From: Octopus bimaculoides | Taxonomy: Eukaryota | Direction of reading: 5' to 3' | Length of the DNA stretch: 64,000 bases | NCBI RefSeq assembly: GCF_001194135.2 | Contig: NC_068987.1 | Location: 74,717,740 to 74,781,739 of the forward strand | Part shown: positions 1 to 12,810 of the stretch, one piece after another | Layout of the letters: each line of letters begins with the position of its first letter | Numbering within the stretch: position 1 is the stretch's first letter | Translations under genes and position numbers: made by a program | The notes under the pieces: model-generated | Databases searched by the model: none | The model's input: only the letters and a program-made list of their open reading frames with translations | Told to the model about the DNA's origin: nothing

Positions 1-97
1 AATTATCAGTTGAACACTGGGATCGATGTAATCGACTTAATCCCTTCCCCCAAATTTCAGGTTTTGTGCCGCCAGAAGACAGGATTATTATTATTAT
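1..97 (+). mobile_element. 3' end of SINE family B with (ATT)n tail
   Basis: actgggatcgatgtaatcgacttaatccc...caaatttcagg...ttattattatt matches the family B copies elsewhere in the window. Confidence 0.7.
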
Positions 98-619
98 TTT
101 ATAAAAGTTTGACTCGGCTCCATGCAGCTTAAAATTTCGTAGGCTCGCAGAACGAACTTACCTTAAAGTCCATATCTCTCTGTGTATTGAAAGCAAGAGT
201 TAAACACAATCAAATGAATTAGTGGCGGCCTGCAATTGCTAAATAATTTCTGATTTAAGCACAAAGCCAGCAATTTTGTAAGAAGAGGTTTGAGTCGAAT
301 ACCATCGATCCGGAAGATATACATGGAAGAAAGTTCGCATCTGCGCGATTTCAACTTAGAATGTAGCGAGTTGAAAGTCTGGCAAAGAATTCATTAAAAT
401 ACAAATGAATAAATATAAATAAATAAATAAACCACTTTCTTTTAAATGATACGCCTAGGACTGCGTTATCTAATATGGCCTTTCCTATTCAAGATGGTAA
501 CTAAGGCTGATTGGAGGGAAATTTTGCTGCTATTTCTAACAGGTGAGCCTCACGAAAAGATTCTAATTGGCTGAGGTGCTTTCGTTGGCATGCAGAGTAT
601 GTTCCTCGAAACGGCACTT

Positions 620-1460
620 TATCATTTACTGACTGTTGATATTTCCTCTTATGAGTGTCACAGTGGCCAATCGCTTAATTTTGACAAGACATTGCATACT
701 TTGATCTATCGCTTTAGATTTGACTGCTAGGTCTCTGTTCCTGGAGTCAGTGTGTGCGAATGGCCTGTGCATGGCTGGAAAATATTTAGGTAAGAAAGAA
801 TCAGTTTATCTGAGTAGGACAGCATATTGTTGGATGTAGTGGCAAGTAAGTTATTGATGTACAGACGCAAGAGACAGAGGATAAAATCGAAATATGGGAC
901 GCCAGAGTTGATAGAATGTGAGACAACAGAAAGAGCTCCGTCAACACGCGGCAGATTTGAATACCAGACAGTCAGAAGTTTTGCTGATGTCATAGGCCAC
1001 AACATTACTTACACCAAATTCTTCCAAGACAAGGGCACTTATAAGTTCTACTGAAATCGTACTGGTGGTCATCAAGATGAGAGGGAAATATTTGAGTTGT
1101 TGGGAGGACGTCGTGGTTAATAACTGTCTGTGTTACATATGAGATATTGGAAGTGAGTGCAACGAACCGATAGTTGATAAGGCCAAGAAGAGATTGCTTT
1201 CATTGGGAATAGGATATGTGGTTGCGTGTTTCTAAAAGCTAGGATAGTTCCCTGGAGACAGAGGAGGAGGAAGCGGAGAGAGATTGAAGAGTTTGAGTAT
1301 AGGGGCTAGCTCTAAGGCTTGTCTGAGGTTAGTGGAAACATCACCGCCAGGACCGGTGGCCTTGTTGGTTTGAAGTTGTGGCGAAAGAGTTCTGCTGACT
1401 CTTTCGCCACAACTTTTTCTCACTCTTTCCTCCTGCATCTTGCAGCTCACCTGCGACGGA
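620..1460 (-). mobile_element. Degenerate non-LTR retrotransposon RT fragment (CR1/L2/Jockey-like)
   Basis: Minus-strand translations give ordered RT motifs with frameshifts: NKATGPGG..ELAPILKLFNLS (KAxGPDG), DDHQYDF (QYGF), VVAYDISKTSD (DISKAFD), VDGALS..INSGVP..LYINNLL..SYSDK (SGVPQGS..YINDL..YADD). Confidence 0.85.
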
Positions 1461-2249
1461 CCGGCCTCCCGTCTAGGTGGGGGAACTTATATGCCAATGA
1501 AACCAGGAAACCGGCCCTTATGAGCCAGGCATGGCTCGAGAAGGAACAAACAACAACAAAGTCCTAGCTTTATGGCTTGGTCTGACTTGACAAAAGAAAA
1601 AGAAATTTAATTGATGACTTGACTGCACCCATTGAATGAGCACATGAAAAGAAGAGCCTAACATTAAAAAAAAAGACTTAATGGATCGTGCGAGGCACGA
1701 GGATGGCAATGTTTGGTGCTTCTGGAAAGGTGGGATGTCACGAGTCAGATACACAATGATTCACGATGTCTTAGCTGGCTGGCGTTGGCCTTAAGAACAC
1801 CTGTACACTGATTCGTGAATTGGAGAGGAAAGCAGAAAATGCTTCAACGTGGTTATGGTTGAGGCATGTGAGAAAAATTGAAGCAGAGGAGACCAACAAT
1901 CCTGAGCGAAAAATAAAACAAAATGGTTGCTTGCTTAGTTGGAGTTGTTACAGCTGCATCCGACTTGGGTTGATAAATATACTACAGTGTGGAGCAAAAT
2001 AACCTTGTAGCATCAATGCTAATCGGCACTAATGGTGGTGGTGGTGGGGAGTGGCGGTATTGTTGGAAGGTGACGAAATTATGTTCTCGTTGACAGCTGA
2101 AGGAAGTCTCTTGAGTGTAGACAGTATGTAAAATTGCTGTGTGTGTGCACTAGTGTATTACCTTGTGGTGTTTCCGTCTCCAAAAGGAACGTAATTCAGT
2201 TGGACGTAATTAGAGATCGATAAAGTAAAGGCTCTAGAGCCGATACGAT

Positions 2250-2788
2250 GGATCTTTTTTAAAACGGGGGCCACATTTTTCATTAACGAAACACTTTGAA
2301 ACTTGGAACACTGGTAGAATGTGTCATATAAAACATCTTTTTCTCTTAGTCTTCTTAAAAAAAAAAGAAATCCATAACTTATTCCATGTTAAAGTTGTCG
2401 TATTTCTGTAATTTCAACCAATCACTGACGTCCATTCAGCCGATATACATTAAGTGCCGACTACATAAACAAACGATTCTGAAACAATTAACCCTAACCC
2501 TAACCCTAAAATGAAAAAAGCAAATAAAACGAAGGTATGGAGATTAAATACGCTTTACATCGCTTAATCAGCCAAAGGAGTAAATGTAAACAACTGAATA
2601 CTTGTCAGTGATTGGTTGAAATTATCGAAATAAGACAATTTTTTACATAAAATAAATTCGAATACAAAAATATTTTTCTGTTCTATAACACAAAATAGAT
2701 AAGTATTCGAAGTTTGAAAGTCTTTCGGTACCAAAAACACTACGTAAAACATTAATGAAAAATGTGGCCCCCGTTTTAAAATAGATCC
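2250..2788. mobile_element. Non-autonomous DNA transposon (MITE) with 37-bp TIRs and 8-bp TSD; Merlin- or MULE-like
   Basis: TIR GGATCTTTTTTAAAACGGGGGCCACATTTTTCATTAA (2250-2286) against 2752-2788, 36/37 identical. TSD GATACGAT at 2242-2249 and 2789-2796. Internal (CCCTAA)3 near 2490-2510. Confidence 0.9.
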
Positions 2789-2844
2789 GATACGATTGAT
2801 TTTTAAAAATAGCATGACTACACTCGAAAGATATATATAAACGC

Positions 2845-2985
2845 AAACATGACTTTGCGATTAAGAAGTTCACTCCCCAATCTTGTGGTTTCAGGTTCAG
2901 TCCCACTGTGTGACGCTTTGGACAAGTGTCTTCTTTGAGTCGACCAAAGCTTGAGAGTGGATATGGTTGATGGAAAATGACTATG
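2845..2985 (+). mobile_element. Degenerate SINE family A copy
   Basis: B-box-like ggttcagtccc, then ttggacaagtgtctt...gaccaaagcttgagagtggat. Confidence 0.65.
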
Positions 2986-3719
2986 TAAATCATCATCATC
3001 ATCATTTTAACGTCCACTTTTCCATGCCTGCGCGAGTCGGACAGTTTATCGATGCAAATTTTCTACGGCCCCAGATGCCTTTCATGTTGTTAGCCTTCAC
3101 TCATTTCCAAGTTAGGTGTTATTTCCCCTCGGCCAAACATGTTTTCGCAGAATATTGGAAATGAATGACATAAGTATATTTGTGTATTCGTGTGTCTCCT
3201 TGTCTTGACATCACGACACCATAGATACAAAATGAACGTCACCGTGAGACATGTCTAGCCATGGTGAAATAGCACCTTGCTTGAAAACAGGTGAGGGCTG
3301 GCGGGAAGAAGGGCCTCCAACTGTAAAAAAAAGAACTTCCTTACCAATCCTGTCTGACTCATTCGAGTATAGAAAAAATGAACGGTCCAATGATTGCTGA
3401 ATGCACGCACTCGGACAAAGAATAATCCATGTTCCCATTCGCACATGAATTAATAAATGTAACTCTGTTCTTATTACGTTAATTAGATTTCAGTCGGTGA
3501 TAGCATCAATGCATTACAAATCTAGCATGCCTAGAAGCAACCTGTATGTATGACATAGGATTTTGTTTTACTTATAAGTCTTATTTAATTTCATTTATTA
3601 AAATATAAACAATACTGTATTTATCATTAGAAAATTGTTAACAATGAAAATTTGGAAATATAATTGAATTTTTTATATTTAATATATTTTTCTAAGTATT
3701 TTTCTTTTTTTTCTTTCAG

Positions 3720-3912
3720 GGTAAATCTAATGGAAACACATGTGCTCTGTGGGTGCGATGTCACCTACAGAAACAACTTTTCAGCGTTGGCTGTTTTATC
3801 CAACTTCATTATGGCAAAGTTCTTTTCCTTGGATTACTGCTGCTCTCTTTGTTTTGCATCGGTTTGAAAACAGGCACGTTAGAAACCAACGTTGAACAGC
3901 TCTGGGTCGAAC
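3720..3912 (+). CDS. ptc: Patched (Hedgehog receptor) internal exon, equivalent to human PTCH1 exon 2 (TM1 and start of ECD1)
   Basis: Polypyrimidine tract and ttcAG acceptor at 3718-3719; GTAAGT donor at 3913. Phase 0 start, phase 1 end, 193 bp. Translates GKSNGNTCALWVRCHLQKQLFSVGCFIQLHYGKVLFLGLLLLSLFCIGLKTGTLETNVEQLWVE. This aligns with recalled PTCH1 [64 protein letters not shown]. Confidence 0.96.
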
Positions 3913-3936
3913 GTAAGTATCCGAATACATTTAAAA

Positions 3937-4819
3937 NNNNNNNNNNNNNNNNNNNNNNNNNNNNNNNNNNNNNNNNNNNNNNNNNNNNNNNNNNNNNNNN
4001 NNNNNNNNNNNNNNNNNNNNNNNNNNNNNNNNNNNNNNNNNNNNNNNNNNNNNNNNNNNNNNNNNNNNNNNNNNNNNNNNNNNNNNNNNNNNNNNNNNNN
4101 NNNNNNNNNNNNNNNNNNNNNNNNNNNNNNNNNNNNNNNNNNNNNNNNNNNNNNNNNNNNNNNNNNNNNNNNNNNNNNNNNNNNNNNNNNNNNNNNNNNN
4201 NNNNNNNNNNNNNNNNNNNNNNNNNNNNNNNNNNNNNNNNNNNNNNNNNNNNNNNNNNNNNNNNNNNNNNNNNNNNNNNNNNNNNNNNNNNNNNNNNNNN
4301 NNNNNNNNNNNNNNNNNNNNNNNNNNNNNNNNNNNNNNNNNNNNNNNNNNNNNNNNNNNNNNNNNNNNNNNNNNNNNNNNNNNNNNNNNNNNNNNNNNNN
4401 NNNNNNNNNNNNNNNNNNNNNNNNNNNNNNNNNNNNNNNNNNNNNNNNNNNNNNNNNNNNNNNNNNNNNNNNNNNNNNNNNNNNNNNNNNNNNNNNNNNN
4501 NNNNNNNNNNNNNNNNNNNNNNNNNNNNNNNNNNNNNNNNNNNNNNNNNNNNNNNNNNNNNNNNNNNNNNNNNNNNNNNNNNNNNNNNNNNNNNNNNNNN
4601 NNNNNNNNNNNNNNNNNNNNNNNNNNNNNNNNNNNNNNNNNNNNNNNNNNNNNNNNNNNNNNNNNNNNNNNNNNNNNNNNNNNNNNNNNNNNNNNNNNNN
4701 NNNNNNNNNNNNNNNNNNNNNNNNNNNNNNNNNNNNNNNNNNNNNNNNNNNNNNNNNNNNNNNNNNNNNNNNNNNNNNNNNNNNNNNNNNNNNNNNNNNN
4801 NNNNNNNNNNNNNNNNNNN
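3937..4819. other. Assembly gap (N run); other gaps at 27011-27341, 28090-28768, 49176-49234, 52200-52247, 59920-60007 and 61577-62217
   Basis: Runs of N, several flanked by (TA)n, typical of a short-read scaffold. Confidence 0.99.
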
Positions 4820-4840
4820 ATATATATATATATATATATA

Positions 4841-4978
4841 CGACAGGCTTCTTTCAGTTTCCGTCTACCAATTCCACTCATAAGGCTTTGATCTGCCCTA
4901 GGTGCCCCGCAGTGGGACTGAACCCAGAACCACATAGTTGGGAAGCAAGCTTCTTACCACACAGCCACGCCTGCGCCT
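4841..4978 (-). mobile_element. SINE family A (tRNA-derived head), internally deleted
   Basis: Reverse complement reads ggcgcaggcgtggctgtgtggtaagaagcttgcttcccaac..gggttcagtcccactgc..gaaactgaaagaagcctgtcg followed by (TA)n; A- and B-box-like motifs present. Confidence 0.85.
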
Positions 4979-5289
4979 ATAGTATCAAATAAATAAATAA
5001 ATAAAAGATAAACCACACGTCCCGATATATGTTTGTGGTATAAAAATGTGGCCCATTGCTCACCAGAAACTAATGAATATGAAAAAACCGTAAACATACT
5101 CCTATTCCTTCCACCCCGAAAAATGTAGAACCTTTATGCTCGATGAATTAAATGGCATTTGAATAAACGGCTTTCTTGGAATTTAGCTGTTTATCCCACT
5201 CACATAAGTTCAGACCCTAGTGATGTTAAAGCTTTTAATTTTATTATATTTATCATTTGAGGTTTGATTCAGATAAGTACTTATTAGTC

Positions 5290-5415
5290 AATATAGTCAA
5301 ATTCCGCCGAGTTCGACTTTGCCTTTCATCCTTTAGGAGTCAATAAAATATTGTACCACTGGAATCAAAGTAATCGACTCCTTCCTCTCAAAATTGCTGG
5401 CGTTATACCAATATT
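5290..5415 (+). mobile_element. SINE family B fragment
   Basis: tcaaattccgccgagttcgactttgcctttcatcctttaggagtcaataaaat, the family B central domain. Confidence 0.75.
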
Positions 5416-8400
5416 AGTAAGAATTATTAGGCATTATATTTTAGGGGGCATAAAAAAAATGACTGGATGGTAGAATTGGTAAAACGTAGCATTTCGTGGT
5501 ATCTCTTGTACGTTTAAGTTGCTTTGCCAGTCAACTTTCCGGTGTTGATAAAATAAAAGTACCTGTTAAATCGAATACTGGGTAGAGAGGTCGTTTCAAC
5601 TGACTGTTCTCCCACCCATTCAAATCTGATGCCTTGTACATGCTTTGGACTCTTCGCATCTCTACAAAATTGACTTTCTTAGTAGAAAAATAGTACATAT
5701 AAAGAGAGGGTGAAACAGAGAGAGAGACGCACACACGCACATTATGAATGAATTAACTAAGATTTTCAACGTAAAATGATATTACACATAAGAGCTAATT
5801 TGATACAAAATTTCGGCCTGTTTTCTCTTTTCTGCCTAAAATTGGTTTTTATAATGTATAGTAGCATTATTACTATTATTACAAAATAATTTTTTTTAAA
5901 TCAACGGATCCTTTATACATTTAAATTTTTTTTCTTAGACGTTACATAAACAAAAACAAAACTTTAAATCCACCAAAACGTGATAAAAAAAATACAACAA
6001 AAACAAATATAAACACGGACTATAAAAAAAGTAAATCTTAATTTCCTCAAGTTTCAATGAAATGCGCGTTGGGACCTTTCTAGTTTTGGCTTACACATAC
6101 ACATATATACATGTACATATAACTGACACGTTCTGAAAGGCATCTTACACACTCGTAAACACACACCCTCATTATACAAGTCCATACTATATGCATCCAC
6201 ATAACAGAAATCCACACATACACGCACGCACATACTCTTCTATAGTCTTACACACAGATTCTCACATACCTACACACACTACTATTATTTGCTTGTCACT
6301 GGAAACAAAAAAAGGAAGTGCTACCCGCCATCTTGGCCCGTGACCCAGAAATGGTGTAATTCAATGAACGCGTGTGTGGTCTGGTATTTTTGGCACAGTC
6401 ACTCCACCGACATACTTTTGTGTGTGCCTGACTCTACCACTACATCCTATAAAATCTGAGAGGAAGGGAGAGAAAAGGAAACATCTCTTCACTTCACTCT
6501 TGTCTTTTTTACTCTTACCACCATCATATTCTTTTACATTTTTACGATTTTCAAACTTTCCAAGATAGCAACGGGGAATATTTTGTATTTTAGTTTCATT
6601 TTTAAAATTTTACAGTTTTTTTTTCATTATTAATTTGTCCTCCCTAATTGTTATTTATTGCATTTCAGTTTTAATTTCTTTTTTTTTTTTTTAAAGTAAA
6701 ACACTTAAGAAAATTGATTAAAGTTTTTCGGCTGTTGGTATTACAAATATTTTGTTGAGTGCCAAAATCAGTTGTACCTCTATTCATTTCTGAATACTTC
6801 TCCATAGAAATAAGTAACCAGTTATAACATAAATACACTTGAATTGGTTCTTTTAACTAAAGCTCATCCCCAACATAGAAAATGTTCCAATGTAAGGAAG
6901 CCATTCGCTTTTACTTGTTTCAGTCATTCGACTGTGGTCATGCTGGATCACCTCGTATTTGTAAACATCATTTCAATCAGATAAACCTATTTAGGGAAAT
7001 GCATAAATGTGGTACTTAGAAAATTGCTGCTTATGTATAGAGATGAGGAGACAGATCGCCGGGCTAAATATATGCCTTATTTTTATTTGTTTATTTATAT
7101 ATATTTTTTTTTCATTTTACATTTTGGCATTAAAAGTTATCTTTTGCTGCTGCAGAGGCCTTGCAAATATGTGCCTTTCATGTCGACATAAGGAATCGTC
7201 ATCAAACTGCAGATTGACAACCATAGCTAATATCTGGTGTTAACAAGCCTACGAGGGAGCCTCTACATGGTTGTTCAACCTGCTAGAACAAGCTACCAGA
7301 TTCCCATGAAAGCACACCTTATCTTTAAAACGGGAGGGCACATTGGATAATGTGGTCCTGAATACATTGTCTAAAAATAAGGCGGGGCTGTCATAGTTGG
7401 AACACTTTGATCAAAGGTGTCCCTTTCTTACGACGTAGTCTGCATGATTTGTGAAAGATTTGGCTGCTATTTCCAATAATTTGGGCAACGTGCAAGCCAG
7501 CAATGGTGAAGAACCCTTTTTAGTAGAAGAGGCAATTGCATAAGAACCTGTGGGGGTGCAATGGATATTTAACTTCGTTAATTTATAGGTATGTAACTAA
7601 TGTATTAAATTACTTATATTGAATTACTAGTTAAAAAATTAAATTACTATTTAGATCTTGTGGTTTGAACTGTTTTATTTTCCCCCATGGGTTATTAGAG
7701 ACTTACTTTGTCAGTGGGTGGTTTCAAATTAGAATTTGTCCAAAATTTTGCTTGGAAGCAAGGGTTTTCCTACCTCAGATGTTGAGGTTCTTCCATTGGT
7801 TTATATTTGCTCCTTTCTGTAATGGCATGGACTTAGCAATTTATAGTAGTTCCTTCACTCCAAACTTAAGGATATAATATTTATTTTAGCTCGCAGTTCA
7901 TCAGAAGTCTTTAGTTTGTCCTACTGTGGAAATTTTACTTGCAATAATCTAGCATCTTAATCTGGAAGCCAAAATTACGTAATCAGCCCTGAAAAGTTTT
8001 TCATTGTTTAGGAAATCTCTCTCTCTTTCCTTCATTCCTATAAACAATAGATCACAATTTATCCACATTGCTTGAATACAAACTTTTCACTAACTCAGCA
8101 TTTTGAGTGAGACAAAATGACATCTGGATTGCTGTCGGCTATGTTAAACCAACGTGTGAGGTCAAATCGAAGTAGTGGCCAATGTATTAAACCATGGCTT
8201 CTATTCCACTTATTGTTTAAAGCAAGTTTTATTGTGTTAATTGGAAAGAAATTATGGCCATTCAATTTAACCTTCGACTGTTTTTAAGGAAGTTCACTTT
8301 GTTGCAAGGATTTGAACCAGGCCTTTGATCCAAGGATAATAATATCTGTCTATCTATCTACCTTTCTACCTCCAGATTCATAGGTTCTGCAAAAAATGGT

Positions 8401-11201
8401 CATGGTTCCTACTTTACAACCTCTGACTGAGCCACAACAACAAAAAAATACTTTAAAACATTTTCCTATCCATTCACCACCACCTTAGAGAAAAAAATCT
8501 TCATGCCTAATTAAAAATCAGTTTAGGGTTAGGGAAGAATTTTACCAATGTGAACAGTAAAGTTATAAACTCACTTAACTAACTTATCGGAGGTATTATT
8601 CCTTATTGCTTTAACATTCTTGTGACATACAGCTGCTTTCTATTCATCCTGGTGGTCCTTAACCTACAACACAAGAAGAGAGATATATTGGTGGTTAGGT
8701 TGTTGGCTGGTTGGAAGGAATGTTGAAATGGAAACCACCTTTTATTATTATCAGTATTCGTAGTATTATGTAGAATGGAATTTTCTGTTTATTATCTAAT
8801 TTTGTAGAAACGGTGACGAAAAACAAAATAAAGATGACACCTTTCTTGAGAATGTGACTATGTTGGAGGAAATAATTTTAAGTCTGAATACGAAAAATTG
8901 ATATTGGATAATATAGGTCATTGAATGTTTACATTTGGTATAGATATATTTAGATTTGTAGTTGTTTAACTCTAGGTTAGCCGTGATCCGGCAGATCTAA
9001 ATTCAAAGGCATTCCAACTTGCCTTTTCGTTTTTTAAACATAATGTATCTGAGATTACATTATCTAATGTGTCCTTAGCTTTTTTTCATTGCTTAGGAAA
9101 TCTCTCTCTCTCTCTCTCTCTCTCATTCCTATAAATAAGTTTACTTTTTTTCTTGGTGGTATGGGAGATATAAATTGAGGGAAATTCGGCTGCTATTTCT
9201 AGCAGGTCGATCAACAACATAGAGCCCTGCTCGGTTTCTCTTTTATTACGTTGTTTTTTGACCAGGTCAGCCTCTGGTTCAACAGTCATAATCAAAAACG
9301 TACCAGCCGCAACTAGTCTTTTTTTTTTTTTTTACCATAGTGTATCACGGAGTATATTATCTCGTGAATCCTTAAAAAACAAGACACACGGGTTTAAGAC
9401 AGTTGGGTGTATTCTGAGGGGATTTCGCTATCATTTCCTGCTGGTCGAACAACCGCATAGTTGCTCCCTCTCGTAGATACAGGTCATTCAATGTTTACAT
9501 AGGTGGGAACTTATAAATCTAGATGTTACTATTGTTGTTGTTTCATTCCTGGTCAGTCCTAATGGAGAGGACCTATAACCAAATGCATTCTAATCGAGAC
9601 CATCCACTCTTTTTAGGAGTATCCAGTTCATCAACGTTGTTATTTGTTAAGAGAGTGGGATATAACTTCTGGGTGATATAGCTGTTATTTCTAGCATGTT
9701 GAGCAGCCATGCTCAGTGAGTAGCGATAGTGATGCTGGACGTAAATGAGGAACTAAAAATATTAACTTTGGAAAAAATTGTTAAACATTTTATACGTTAA
9801 TTTCAGGGTTCGTTGCATCAAGAAAATATACCCACTACCGTGTAAGCTTCGATATTAGTTATGATATTTTCCCGTTTAGAGCACTTTATTCTTTAGCTGT
9901 CATGATATATAAATACCAAATCATCTGACTAGAGAAATGTACTTTCGATTGACCAATTCGTTTTATATCCACACGTCTGCTTTAACGTGAGACAAACGAA
10001 ACTAAAGCACCGTTCATTATTTAGGAGCCATAAATAGCATCATTGTTTTCTATTAGCCGTTAACTTATTTTGGGTCAATCCTTGGATTAGTTATTTTGAA
10101 ACATAGCTACTGTCTGCTGCGATATCTTTTGATATTTCTCATTTATTAGATAGCGAATTGGTAGACGAGAGAGCGGGAACAAAAGTGCCTTCTGGTATTT
10201 ACGGCTATTTACTTTCTCAAATCAACTGGGGTTGATTAAGTAAAGTACCAGTCGAGTACTGAGGTCAACAGAATTCCGATAAAGCGTAAATTTTATATCT
10301 ACTCTCATAATAGTACACTTTCTCAGCTCAATCATTCTTTGGATTTAGATTTCCAATCTGTTGGATGTTAAGCGTACTTTAATTATTGTCCTCATCCCCA
10401 GCACCACCATCGTTCTTTGCTTCTGTTTTTTAAATGTTCTACAACATTCCGTTTCTCTGTGTGTGTGTGTGTACGCGCGCTTAAATAATGTAAATAATAC
10501 GAATATCTAGGTGATGATGATTGTACTAATATTCATTCGTGCAATCATTATCACCTGTTTTGTTTATCAATATGTAATGTGTGCTATAGTCGCTCAACAG
10601 TTCAGAAATAAATTTTCCTCTGTTATGGCCAGGTCTCTTCCATTATAATTCTGTTTGCCCCCGTCGGATATAAGCTAGGGTTAGAGTACATCAAGTAACT
10701 TTCTAGTTGTGTTTGTAGAGTTATCTCCCTTCTATCTAACCATCTTTCGCGTTTCATTACAAATTAATGATGTCTTAAAGGAAGTAGCACTCTTCAGTTA
10801 ACGAAAACACAATTTCCGAAACTCCGAAAACACGGAAATTTTAACGCCGCTGTTTCGTAAAAAAAAAATAAATAATAATAATAATAATAATTCTTCACTG
10901 AATTTCATCTCATTTTAAAGCATGATTCTTCTCCTGTAAATTTAGATGGAACAATGTGATATTTTTTTCTGCCGTAAGTTTTAAATGAAATCACTGCTGT
11001 CAATAAAGGCAAAATTTGTTTTGCATGAAGAAAAGTACAAAGTCCGAAATTGTTGAACAATTTTGCAGGGTGTTACAGCGAAGCTGTGAGCAAAATGCCG
11101 TTTTTATGTTCTGAGTTCAAATCGCCCCATGGTGAACAACAATTATTCCCTATACATTATTATTAAATTCAAAGAAATTATTATTGTAAAGAAAATAGTT
11201 A

Positions 11202-11369
11202 GGTAAATTTTCAAATTAACACCCGCACGATTTTCACTAGGGAGTTAGGTTTAGAGTTTTAGGGTCAGGGTTAGTTTTACGGTTAGGGTTAGGGAATTCC
11301 GTCCCTAATCCTAACCCTAACCCTAACACCCTAGTGAAAATCGTGCAGGTGTTAATCTGAAAATTTACC
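11202..11369. mobile_element. 168-bp hairpin MITE with ~48-bp TIRs, 8-bp TSD and telomere-like core
   Basis: Arms GGTAAATTTTCAAATTAACACCCGCACGATTTTCACTAGGGAGTTAGG match the right arm's reverse complement at 45/48. TSD AATAGTTA at 11194-11201 and 11370-11377. The core is TTAGGG-like then CCCTAA-like. Confidence 0.9.
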
Positions 11370-12655
11370 AATAGTTATTCACAAATATCTGTATTTTTGT
11401 TCGCGCAAATATTCATTTACCGTGATACGTATGTGTGTGTATATTGTAAACAAATCTCCATGAATAAAAATAGAGTATTCAATACAAGTGGGGACTAAAT
11501 TTTATATGTACAAAGTCAATTTGCAGATAAACACATAGTTACTAACTAATGGTTTCATATCTGAAATATAAATCAGGCAACATTTATATATTAGTGTGTG
11601 TGTTCGTTATTGATTTTTTTTTTTTTTGCTACTGCCTGTAAACTTTGACCTGCTCTGTATAGTAGTCGAAATCCACTTAAGCAAACATCTTTTACTATCT
11701 TTAAGATAGAAGGGTATCCGGCCATAAACTACTTCTTCAAAATATCCAGTCCAACTTATGCCGGCGTTGAAAGACAGACATTAAAAATGATGATAATACT
11801 GCTGTTGATGATGATGTGTGTGTGTGTGTTAAACTGTGAGGGACAACACAAGGCCAATCAGAGAACACCCCTCCCCATACCAAAAGACGTAGTCTGTGTG
11901 GAGTACCAAAGCATGTGCCCTCTCCTAAATTTTGCTCATGTTCCCACTGCTCCCCATCATTGAACCCCTTTGAAGTCACCACTTTCATCTTGGAATAATT
12001 ATTGAATTAGTTAGGTGTTGACCAGAAAGAAGGGGTTTTGTCTACCACTTTATTAACCATTCCTAACATAGGCACAGGGATATAGATTTGAGGAGAAGGG
12101 TTAAGTTAGTCAATCCCAGTGTAGTTGACTGGTCGGTGCTTTAGTTTTCAATCTAAGAAGAATGAAAGGTAAAAATTGATCTCAGAAGGGCTTTAAATAA
12201 TCGTTTGTATTATAGGCACAAGGCCTGAAATTTTGGGGAACGGGCTAGTCAGTTTTGTTGTTACCAAAAGAATAAAGGACAAAGTCAACCATGGCAGAAT
12301 TTGAACTCAGAACATTTGTCTGGCATGCTAATGATTCTGTCAGCTTTCCACCTTCTATTAGCTTAATGATGACAACTATTAGTCGTACAGTGAAACTCAT
12401 CTAGATTCTTAATTCATTATCATCATTATCATCATCCACTCTGCTATACTTTCACTGGGTCAGGGGAAATTCGTCGACAGATTTTTTATGGTAAAGTGCT
12501 TTGCATGTCGCCAGCTCTTAATTGTTTTCAAGCTAGGTAATATTTCCCCTTGTCCTTTAAGCATAAACAGAATAATGGATGAACAAGATTTCACTGAAGA
12601 CACTGCTTGTATGATGGTGATTTTTGTTTAAAATTCTGCTCATGTTCCCACTCAT

Positions 12656-12810
12656 CCCCAGGAGTGGCTGTGTGGTAAGTAGCTTGCTTACCAACCCCAT
12701 GGTTCCAGATTCAGTCCCACTGCATGGCACTTTGGGCAAGTGTACTATAGCCTCCGGACCAACCAAAGCCTTGTGAGTGAATTTGGTAGAAAGAAACTGA
12801 AAGAAGTCTG
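12656..12810 (+). mobile_element. SINE family A copy
   Basis: ggagtggctgtgtggtaagtagcttgc..gattcagtcccactgcatggcactttgggcaagtg..gaaactgaaagaag. Confidence 0.8.

Noticed and set aside
827-1054. 75-aa plus-strand ORF
   Set aside because: It is the antisense frame of the decayed LINE RT on the minus strand.
1-3719. Search for ptc exon 1 and the start codon
   Set aside because: No Patched N-terminal coding segment with a donor site was recognised; it probably lies upstream of the window.
3753-4992. Long ORFs in the track that span N runs (also at 26738, 28012, 49051 and 61412-62383)
   Set aside because: Their length comes from X codons in gaps; only the Patched exon part of 3753-4883 is real.
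11245-11330. TTAGGG/CCCTAA arrays as a telomere remnant or chromosome fusion site
   Set aside because: They are short, degenerate and enclosed by TIRs and a TSD, so they are better explained as a MITE core.
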